Assembly (NCBI GenBank): GCA_965644295.1
Contig: CBFFRP010000410.1
Span: 248,001-312,000, forward strand
Origin: Paraphysomonas bandaiensis
Taxonomy: Eukaryota > Protista > Chrysophyceae
Reading direction: 5' to 3'
DNA: 64,000 nt
Position numbers and translations under genes: made by a program. The notes under the pieces were generated by a model. The model did no database searches, was not told the origin of the DNA, and saw only the letters and a program-made list of their open reading frames with translations. Below, in pieces: positions 36,996 to 46,872 of the stretch; the stretch's first letter is position 1; the number at the start of each line of letters is the position of its first letter.

Positions 36996-39278
36996 ATGGC
37001 AGATGATGTTAGACGAGCTAATGTTCAGGCGAAATGCCGTATGATTATTGAGTGTCTTCAGAAGATACTAACGAGTGAAGATACAGCGGCTGATGTTCGG
37101 CCCCATATCAGTGACGTGATCAACAGATGCGATACGATTTTAACTAACTTAAATCCAACAAAAGTTGCTCTCTATGGCGGCACAGGAGTGGGTAAATCGC
37201 GATTCATCAATCAGTTACTTCAAGAGCCTGTTGTTATAGCGGGTGCACAGTCAAAGTCATCCACTTCAGTGGTGAGTGAGATTGTCTCTCGGTCAGACAT
37301 GAAGACATACAAAGCAACGGTGTATTTCATATCAACCCGAACTATGAAGGAACGCCTTGAATATGTGGCGGAAATGCTGCAGGAGAATCGTGCACTCGAA
37401 GGAAATAGCAGACTCGAAGCTATAATGACTGTGGTAAGGCACTGCTTCAGAAACGACCTTAGCTTTGAGAACCCCACTCCACTAACTCCAGACGAAGAAA
37501 ACCGTGTACTCTTACAGAACATTGGGCGCCAGCCACTAGTGCTTGAGCAAAACTCCTTGGTGGAGTTACGAGAGGCCCTGACGATCTATTCTCATCTACC
37601 TGCAAACAATGCGCCACCCGATCAATGGCAGGCCATGACTGTGGACTTTATTCGCATCGAAGGAAACTTTGAACACCTTCCCAGCAATGTGATTGTGGTG
37701 GATTCTCCGGGTCTCTTTGATGCGGTGGACATGAAGTCCCAGCGAGCCCTTGAGGTTGTGGATTCTTGGCAGCAGATTTGGTTCACGGATCGGACTAGTA
37801 GATTTCTGAAAAAGAGACAAGAACAACAGGCTTTTCGAGAGCTGTGTGCGACAGAATTGCGCATGAAAAAAGTTTCTGTTGTATGCACGTATGCCGATGA
37901 AATGTTGGGCATGGAAGGTGACTGTGGTGACGATCCCCACACACCAGCAGATCTGGATTTCGAAAGGATGGAAATAAATGCCAGAAACCATATCATTGAA
38001 GTCTTGTGTAGGGGCGACGCGGACGATGTTCGTAGAGAAGTGCGCATACCAGTCGGATTTGTATCGAATGCACGACGTAAGGACGATCAATTTGGCATGG
38101 AGTACTGGCGCAATAGGTTGGGAGCGCTTGGAGCAATGCAGGGTGAAACTTTAAATGCTATGGAGGACGCGCTGACTGAAGTCATCGGCATGCTAGAGAC
38201 TCTAGGCTTGCGAAATCCTCCACCTAATTTCCCCCAGGGCAATTTGGATGATCTGATCCGAAATATTCGTGCAGCGATTGATACACTCATGGATAAATAC
38301 GCCAACAGGTTTTCCAATCGTGATCAGGTTTACCGATTGTATAGTAACATCTGTGACACTGGTGATTGGGATGATATTCATGGGAATACTTGGAATTCTG
38401 TTATGGACACCGTCCGCAGAGGAATATTTCAGTCGAAAGGCAGACCGCGTCAATACATTGATGTCAACACTGATATTAGCAGCGCGTGGGTTCGAGCTGA
38501 GGATAGAAATATCCGAAATCTGAGGGAGCAGTTCGCTACATTTAGAAACGAAATTCGCCAACTGGAGAGTCAGTGGCAAGAAAAGCCAGCAGGATTCGCT
38601 AAGAGCCTTCGCATCGATGTTGACCGTTGGCAGAACCGCACAACTGTAGTAATGCGGCATGCGTTCGATGTTGCTACTCTCGCCGATCAGATTCGTACCG
38701 ATTTCACTGATGAGAAAGTATATGGACCAAGAGGAAAGAAAGAGAAATATCCAAAGAAAGGTGAAATTCGTAAACAGGTGACTCGTCTGCTGGATAGGCA
38801 GCGTTTGTATCGCGACAACCTGCTGAGGGAAGTAGACGCATTGCAAGCAGCGATTCTGCGCTACATCCAGCCTGTTCAAGAACTGAATCAAAATACTGTG
38901 ACTATCATCACCGGATTGATCCACACACTTAAACGCCTTCCTGATCAAGATAGGTTCTATCTCAACGAAGATCGTGTGCCTGTTGACTTCGTTTGCCCGC
39001 TGACCATGGAAATAATGAACGATCCTGTGTTGGTTGAGGATGGATGTATATTTGAACGCGATGCTATTAATCGCTATTTTGGTAGTCGCCATGAAGCTCC
39101 CTGTCCGCTTTGCAGAAGGCTTATCCGTATCAATGATATCATGCCTCATGACTTCCTCAGGTACCGCATCACTCTCTGGCGGGAGCAGAATCGCATTGAA
39201 GAGCCCGGTGAGTGGTGGATCGGTTTGTGGGAGGATATTGTTGCTCGTCTTCAAAACAATGCTGAAGACAACGGATAG
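36996..39278 (+). CDS. Dynamin-superfamily (NUGGC/SLIP-GC-like) GTPase fused to a C-terminal U-box E3 ligase, 760 aa, intronless
   Basis: G1 GGTGVGKSRFINQLL, G2 STSVVSEI, G3 VVDSPGLFD, G4-like VCTYAD; NUGGC-type helical motif IHGNTW...RRGIF...IDVN; U-box FVCPLTMEIMNDPVLVEDGCIFERDAI...CPLCRR...PHDFLRYRITLW. The first ATG (MADDVRR) is at 36996; the ORF-track extension to 36669 is non-ATG, promoter-like sequence. Confidence 0.85.
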   Translation: MADDVRRANVQAKCRMIIECLQKILTSEDTAADVRPHISDVINRCDTILTNLNPTKVALYGGTGVGKSRFINQLLQEPVVIAGAQSKSSTSVVSEIVSRSDMKTYKATVYFISTRTMKERLEYVAEMLQENRALEGNSRLEAIMTVVRHCFRNDLSFENPTPLTPDEENRVLLQNIGRQPLVLEQNSLVELREALTIYSHLPANNAPPDQWQAMTVDFIRIEGNFEHLPSNVIVVDSPGLFDAVDMKSQRALEVVDSWQQIWFTDRTSRFLKKRQEQQAFRELCATELRMKKVSVVCTYADEMLGMEGDCGDDPHTPADLDFERMEINARNHIIEVLCRGDADDVRREVRIPVGFVSNARRKDDQFGMEYWRNRLGALGAMQGETLNAMEDALTEVIGMLETLGLRNPPPNFPQGNLDDLIRNIRAAIDTLMDKYANRFSNRDQVYRLYSNICDTGDWDDIHGNTWNSVMDTVRRGIFQSKGRPRQYIDVNTDISSAWVRAEDRNIRNLREQFATFRNEIRQLESQWQEKPAGFAKSLRIDVDRWQNRTTVVMRHAFDVATLADQIRTDFTDEKVYGPRGKKEKYPKKGEIRKQVTRLLDRQRLYRDNLLREVDALQAAILRYIQPVQELNQNTVTIITGLIHTLKRLPDQDRFYLNEDRVPVDFVCPLTMEIMNDPVLVEDGCIFERDAINRYFGSRHEAPCPLCRRLIRINDIMPHDFLRYRITLWREQNRIEEPGEWWIGLWEDIVARLQNNAEDNG

Positions 39279-39481
39279 AGATGTGGTGTAGTTTCGCTGG
39301 GTTAAGATATTGTGATTTCGAACATCTGAAAGTAAAAAAACGAAAATAACTATATAATCTATAATATGCATTTATTTATACTATGGCTATGTATATGTGA
39401 TTGTGGGCTACGTGGGCAAGAACCTACCCTATATATGAAAGGGTCAATTACTTAGTTGCTGATGTGTTTTGCCGTTCTATT

Positions 39482-39735
39482 TGCCCCATATTGACAGCGT
39501 AACTAATCACTGCGTGCGGCCCACTCGTGGGTGCTGCGACCACGCACTTCTATCTATGTACACATTGCATAGTTCCCCACCCGGGTTCTCACTTTATATT
39601 CAGCGCTGAATATCGTGTGGTAATGATGTAGCTAGTTGGGTTCAGTAGGTAGCTAGCAAATAACGTATGGGACTTAATCAAGTATTAGTTAGGTACCCAC
39701 CCGGCTCAACCTAAGTACGCGCTCAGAATGGGGCA
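39482..39735. repeat. Complete 254-bp terminal repeat (LTR-like) with ~25-bp imperfect inverted ends
   Basis: Starts TGCCCCATATTGACAGCGTAACTA; the end reverse-complements to TGCCCCATTCTGAGCGCGTACTTA. A partial direct copy lies at 34125-34216. Confidence 0.85.
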
Positions 39736-40087
39736 GAAGACACTTATATCAGTGAAATGGAAACTTTGTTTTTCAAGAAAATATTAACATAATTAATACA
39801 GAATGTAAATTGAAAAATGAAGTAACAATATCCTACGAAATTGACTATATCTCATTCACCTCTATAGCAAAAGAACATTCACATCCACTTTTAGTGTTAG
39901 TAGAAAGGCAGAGAAGCTATGTAACCCTACTTCAAATTATTACAATACTAATCAACGCAGCCTTTTCTCTCTGCGAAATATATAACTTCACAGCTAAAAC
40001 GACTACAAACACAAGTTGTAACTTAACCACGTGACATCAACCCTCAATATCTATGCAGATTTTATAAACACTAAGCTGGACAGAAAC

Positions 40088-41582
40088 TTAATTGTTACTC
40101 TTCTGCATATGAACTGACGGACCATACTCAACGTAGTCTTCCCGAGATATCCACATTTGCTGAAAAGATCCACATATTGAAAGTATAGAGCCACCAATCC
40201 AAGCTGCATGATGCTTCTCGATCGGATCTTGTGATCCAATAACCTTTGCCTATAAGTACAGTATTATTATACATATACCCTTTAAAAATAGCGACTAAGC
40301 TAAACTCACCTTGGCGCAACTAGGCGCAACCTTGGAAATATCCTCAGCTAACCTCGTCGCTATACCATCACATAGTGAACCACCACCAACAAGAATAATA
40401 TTATTCAATAGCTCTCTGCGAATATCTACATCACAGTTAGCAACTGCAGTAAACACTAACTCTGGCAGGGGCGCAGCGGCCATAGATATATCACGATTGT
40501 AAATGCTAATCCTTTGCTGAAATTTTTCAAATGTGTGCTCATATGTACTTGAAAAGTAATCACGCTCTACACACTTGCATATTTCCTCCGACGGATATAT
40601 CAACGTGCCATCAGGTAGTTCATAGGGTGGGATATCTGCTACATCACTACTCGACCCAGAAGATTTATCAGAAGAAATAAAAGACATCCAATGCTTCAAG
40701 TCTCGAATTGTGTCTGATGTGTGCATTTGAAGGAACGAATTACTTACGCATGACAGCGTCTGCTTCCCAAAAACAGATGGTGGTTGAAAACTAGACAACT
40801 GTATTTTCTTGTGACCTTTGAGAACCTTATCTTTCACCAGGTCGTCGAAATAGTTTCCCCCTTGATTCGAACAAACCATAGAGCGAGTGAGGGCAAATCC
40901 GTCCACAACAGGTACAACACGAAGGTGACTTGCACCAATATCTACAATTAGACTTGTCTGGCGTGCAAAACAAAATGAACTCAATGCAGCATTGTGGCAA
41001 AAATACGCTGCAGGGAGCTGCATACTCTCGAATAATATTTCAAGCATCTGTAGTAGAAGTAAGTTATCTGAAAAAATTAGAAAGAAAGAAAAAACCTTTT
41101 CTTTTCGTTCATTTGTTGAGAAGTAGTTTTCAGCGAGTAGAAGTGGATACTTAACATCGGAGTTCCCTCGATTAGTTTCACGAATGCCGTGTTTTAATAT
41201 ACTTTCAGTTGCACACCAATCAATGCCTTCAATAGGGATTAGAGTAAGATTATAAATGCAGTGTGACATACTCTCAGGAGTAACAGCTTTCTTAATTTCC
41301 ATTCCCTCTCTACACACTCTCAGAGCAGAGTCTCCAATATAAAAATCATTAGGGCTGGTTTCCTTGTAACCGACATCCTGTATGGACACCTTAACAATAC
41401 TGTTAATATATAGAAAGGTGTGTACCGTTCTCATAACGAGGGAAGGTGTATCGTATCCTGCAGAGCCAAACCTACAGAGACTATTCCCCATATCAACAAC
41501 ATTAGCGCCGACTTCATCTGAATTAAAACAAAATCAGACAATCAGATAATAATAATAATCTTATCGTACCACCACAAAGCAT
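40088..41582 (-). CDS. ARP4: Nuclear actin-related protein 4 (ARP4/ACTL6)
   Basis: MLCG|DEVGANVVDMGNSLCRFGSAGYDTP, YELPDG, CDVDIRRELLNNIILVGG; last exon AAWIGGSILSICGSFQQMWISREDY with stop at 40088-40090. Confidence 0.88.
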
Positions 41583-42162
41583 GATGACGTCAGAGTGAGG
41601 TGTGTAGAGTCTATCTGGTTGGTAATAAGCAGCACAGTCGACTTTAATGAGTGATAATGCTGAATATACATACATGTACGCTCGTTCAGATGCCACTGTA
41701 TTCCTGCTGTATTCAGAGGGGTATACTATTCACCAATCAATTGTACGGAATACACACAGTATACCGTACATATACAGCAGAATACACAACATTTTTGAAC
41801 TCAAAAATCACCATGAAAATTCAGGATTTTCAGCTGACCTAAAAAACTCCGACAAAAAAATAACCGCTTAACCGCCCCCTACAAATACACACACCTCCAA
41901 CACCTCGCTCGTACTTATGTATGTATACTGCAGGGCAGTGTAGGTGCAGCAGGCAGCAGTGTGATATAACGCATACGTTAAGAGTGAGGTGAGTGCAGTG
42001 CAGTGGATCATCTGAGCACATCTGATCTACAGTAAGCTGTACATATTAAACTATCAGGACGCATTAGACTCCTTTAATGGGGTTTAATAGTATCACTCTA
42101 TACATCAGTCACAGCACTGATATGACTGTCGTGATATCTGACTACTAAACAGAGTCGTTCGT

Positions 42163-44070
42163 ATGGACTTAGAGACTGCAGAGATCTCATCTAGAGTATA
42201 TAATACTCGACCCAGTAAACAGCTCAGCTATGCTCCTGTCAGGGGCAAGAGGACAGACGCTGGAGACAGCGATGAAGACAAACCCACAGCGAATGAAGCG
42301 GTTTCTGATAACGACATAGCGGCTGATTCTGGAAGTAAGCATTATGTATCTGAGCCGTCCACAGAAGAAGTAAATAACGTGCGGTCAGAGGCACAGTCGA
42401 ACTCTGGAGGAGCTAATTGTCCACCAAATGCTCTCGCTATTAAATTAATAACTAAACTAAACCAAAAGTTGTCTGGTCGGATTGAACGGATCGAACAGGC
42501 GAAGTATATATCCCAAGCTCTACTAAAGTTACGCAAACTTTATTTGATCGATAACAGCATTTTTATGGTTATTATGAAAGAAGATCTTACAGGAAGGCTT
42601 CTCGCAAACACGGAGTACATCTGTCGCTATGAATTTTTAACGGAAGAATGTTTCAATTTTATTGTACCAATATCAAGGTGCCCTGAAATTCGTTTTACAG
42701 CTATGGATGATTTCTTGAACAACCAATGTCTGGTGTTTTGCTTGACGTCAATTCGTTATTTCAAGCACAATGCGAGTATTAGGACTCAATCGCTTGAATT
42801 GATTTCTAGAATAGTTGACTTTATTGATGGTGCTGTGGCATGTGACGACACTACCCAAAAAGCTGTGGAACGCGCAAGAAGAGTTGACGACACAGCCTTC
42901 ATTGTTCACCAATTTTTGCTTCATGGTGCAGCATCATCTCTTCCAAACGTATTGTCTACTTTCCTTGAAGCATCATCGGACATTGGTGTTTCACGTGTTC
43001 TGAAATGTAGGTGCATTTAAGTTCTATATTACTTGAGTAATGTGTGCCTCTCAGGTATTAAATTTTTGCTTGCTGAAACAACGAATGAAGTTGCCACGAC
43101 CATTGCAATGAATAGCAGATGGTCTGCACTAAGAGATTGTTTAACAGTTCTAAAGCGGAGGATGCCTGAATCACAACTTGGGGCTGCTGTTGTCATCACG
43201 GGGTAAATCACCATATAATCGTATGATATGATCCTAACGTTAATATATTGGTGTAGGCTTACTGCTAGTAGCGTAATGGTTGCTGAAAAGCTCATTGAAC
43301 TCCGCGGATGGGACATACTGAGTTCGTTTTTGACTACTCCTGATTTCGACACTACAGGTAGATTTGTAGCCATTATTTCACTGTAGTGTGACCTTTCTGC
43401 AGCTATACCAGCTTCATGGCTGCAGAAATCGATGAGCATTATGAAAACAATGCAGATGAGGAATACTGGGTCCGCGCATATTGATATTCCTCCCTCTCTA
43501 GAGGCCTACATAGCTAACCCACTGCAAAGTGATAATCTTCAATCCCTTGATCAGTTGCAATCAGGAATGAGTGATAGAGACTTAGCTACAGACTCAGGTC
43601 CTCTTGGTGGCGGTTTATCTGCCAATCATGCACGACAGATTACCTCACCAAAGTTATCTACAATGCCTAATAGCTATTGGTATAATGCTGATAACAGAAA
43701 ACCGAACAGTGGATCCCACCAGTCTACCCTCAAAGAACGGTTACAGAACAGTCCTTTTGGGGACGGAAAAAAAATCCTTGAAATGCAAGAACGTCGTGCA
43801 AAAAATGCACGGCGGTACCAACAAAAGCTGTCTGCTAGTTCGACATCGAAACCAAAACGCCGGGGCGATGACATGAGTAGCGCGGTGAAATCGAAAGAAG
43901 TACAGGATGTCTCCAGTGTGTATACAAAGCAGGCTGCCATAGCTGAAAGGCTTTTTGGACACACTCCGGGTAATCCAGATGATGGAATGGGCAAATCAGC
44001 AATAGATTCGTTGTCTCATGACGAAAAATTGGAAGTGATGATTATGCAAGTACGGGAAGCTCTCAATTAA
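42163..44070 (+). CDS. Multi-exon hypothetical protein (helical/ARM-like middle, disordered ends)
   Basis: ORFs 42163..43020 and 43432..44070 are linked by short exons with GT-AG introns. 3' end uncertain; no family recognised. Confidence 0.6.
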
Positions 44071-44334
44071 CCATGCTTAGTTATATTTGTATCATTACTT
44101 TGCTGGTTCTATGTGATATGCGCTATCTTTGCGTAAAATGACAACGCAGATGGTTACGGTTAACTTGCAGATAGTGATTGTACAGTGATAATGTGTACCT
44201 CATATACATACGAGTATGCAACATTAATAAACAGAAATAATACAGATTAGTTCATACCGGATTGTCCACCACATAATGAGGAGTTACTATCTAAACAGAC
44301 TATATATCATATATATAATATACCGAAGTGAATG

Positions 44335-44555
44335 TCCTATTATTAGTTATTAGCAATAGTCGTTTAGGATCCAGAACTAATTTAGCATTGTAATTTAACT
44401 GTGAGTAGTGCTTAACTCTGATATCCTATTATTTAATGCTACGAAAGCTGCTTGTGCGTCACCGCAAGCACCAAGGTGCAATCACTTTCGCTCTCCTATC
44501 ACTCAAAGCAAACGCAAAGAGCAAGCAGAATGTTGACACCTGTTATCTGCTGACT
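44335..44555 (+). repeat. Partial copy (left part) of the 296-bp element at 59155-59450; the right part is at 45664-45770
   Basis: AAGCTGCTTRTGCGTCRCCGCAAGCACCAAGGTGC is shared with ~59270-59305. 45664-45770 shares GTACTTATCCCCCAGAACAC...GGTGYGAGTCTGACTTT with ~59395-59440. Confidence 0.8.
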
Positions 44556-44619
44556 TCAGGATTTTTGAGTCCTTAGGGTGAACATCCAAGATGCTTGACA
44601 CTAGCAGTTTGAGGACTTT

Positions 44620-45500
44620 GCCTTCAGGGCCTCACTTGTGTATACACCATCACCAAATTTATGCACAATCACCGGTTATTAGACGAGTTTGTATTGCATA
44701 ATGTATTAGTCCTATGGAGGCGTGTGCAAGTCTTTTATGAGCTAAGACTGCAGGTGGTTCAGAGGCAGTTAAGGCGAGGTGGAATTCGTCAATGGGAGCA
44801 TCAAATTTCATATAGACCTCCAACATGCTGGCCTTTCGATAGCAGTATACCATCTTTGATTATCTCCAAGGACTGATTTCTGAATATAATTTCATATCCG
44901 AGGTCGTCTAATTGACTGATGGAAACAAGAGTCCTAGAAGCTTGGTCCACATATTTGCGTTTTTATGATTATACCAAGTCTTCCATGACCTAAGGATATC
45001 ATTGTTAACCCTGATTTGGCTGTTTGAATTTCGGTGGGACATTCAACTTATTTATTAAGATATCTGGCTTCACGTGTGGTGGATACTGTGCGCCTAGAGC
45101 AGAGATCCCATTCCCGCTTCTTGTTCAGAAACAAATTGTGATTCATCGCTTATTATCAGGTAAACAACCCCTCCATATAATCTCTTCCTTTCTGTTGTAC
45201 TGACCAAGGACCACTGTCTTAATAGTCTGCTAATTGGTCGGAGTCGTTGTGGTAATTTTCGGTGCTCTGATGAGTCTGAAATTTAACTTTCTTGAATTTC
45301 CCACTGGTAGCTTTATTTCCAGATAAATTCTACATTTGTTGAATCTTTTCCCAGGAGCGCTTGCAAAATCTAGATATGTCCCTTTCCATTGCATCTGAAG
45401 CAAGTATTGAACATCTCCGTTTTTGTTGCTCTTTTCGTTGTAGTTGGGTTTTTGTTGCTCAGACCTAATATTACCGCACAAGCGATCAAGACCTCATCTC
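44620..45500 (-). mobile_element. Degenerate Ty1/Copia gag-pol fragment (zinc knuckle to GAG-pre-integrase)
   Basis: Minus-strand CFRCNGKGHI(fs)RFC CCHC knuckle at ~45360-45405 and AHKRLAHASIGLIHYAIQTRLITG (GAG-pre-integrase H..LGH-like) at ~44670-44745; many stops. Confidence 0.7.
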
Positions 45501-46872
45501 ACGAATTCGACAAGACATCGTATCGGATGAAAATATGACCAGCTTCCCTTGAGGTGGGTCCATTTTTCCGGATGTCTGTTTATTCGTCAGGACCCAAAGA
45601 CGTCTACAAGTGACGCTTATTAGTGTTAGTGCCAGTGTCGTCCCTTGTACCACATAAGAGTTCGGCTATGAGTGAGCAGTGAGCAGAATGTTGTCTGCTG
45701 CCTATTTCCCGGAGAAATATCTCCGGTACTTATCCCCCAGAACACTATGAAATGGTGCGAGTCTGACTTTTTTTAAGGTATTATATGTTTGTTTCTGTGG
45801 ATGTTTGAATGTTCCTAAATATTGATGACATTTATCTAACCTTGGTTAGGAAACAATATATTTCCACAGTAGACTGTATATATATTGCACAGAATTATAC
45901 AGTAGTATGATTAGATATAATCCTAATAATGGTTCAGTCCAGTTGTCAACAACACAGCTACATATATATTCTATGATAATCTTCAAGTTGTGAAGTATTA
46001 GAATTTTACCAGATTTCCAATAAAGTATTGAAATGTTCATAGCATGTACCACATGTAGAATACGATACAGCAATATATGTCGAGATATATCTACCACATA
46101 CAACACAATGTTCCCTACTTTTTCCGTACATATTTGTTGATAAAAATGAAAAAATATCATAGTTTGTAAGTTTTAGTTAGAACTAGACTTACTACACTGA
46201 AGTTATCCATATTCTAATATACCTGAAACTGGACAATCACTTTCCAAAAAAGACTATAATGCTGTTGCGAAAGCCAAAGCGGATTGGAGAACACACTCAC
46301 TCGATCTAAGAAGGCGCAGTTCAAACGTTTTATTTGGACAGGAATGATGAAGAAGAAAAAGAAAATGATGGTGTCGACTCACTGATGTGAGGACACGAAG
46401 CGCACCAAGAACAATAGCAACTACGCACGGCCTAACCAACTTGGTACCGCTGCTTGAAGCATATTTGCTGTAAAAAGGCTTTCTAGTATAGCAAATATCA
46501 ACATGAGTGATCTGCACACTGCACATATCCATCATGGATCAATGGCACCTCATCGATTGGAGGCCATAATGTTCTAAGTTACGCTCTGTGGAATGCAAGT
46601 ACAGTTAAAGGTGCTATTCGTGCTTGTAATGAATAACTAATTTAATTAGACTATAATTGGCACCTTCGTTAGTGTACACGACTAACTCAAATCCATAGCT
46701 CGTATATCATATCGTACTCAACACATTATCATTAATTATTACCATATTCTCGATGGATATTACATTCAACACTCACTTCGTCTGGTTTAAACAATCTACT
46801 CATGTGCACAAATATCTTCTCATATCCATTAATCTGAAATTATTTATCGCAATCCACTACTTGAAGCGACAT

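Larger units (their letters stand above)
34125..39735. mobile_element. 5.6-kb TG...CA-bounded element with direct terminal repeats and a 5-bp TSD, carrying a GTPase-U-box cargo gene
   Basis: GAAGA at both 34120-34124 and 39736-39740; ends TGCCCCAT...ATGGGGCA. The left repeat 34125-34216 nearly matches the first ~92 bp of the 254-bp right repeat 39482-39735. Confidence 0.8.

Noticed and set aside
38202-39371. 389-aa antisense ORF
   Set aside because: Shadow ORF on the reverse strand of the GTPase-U-box gene; no recognisable motifs.
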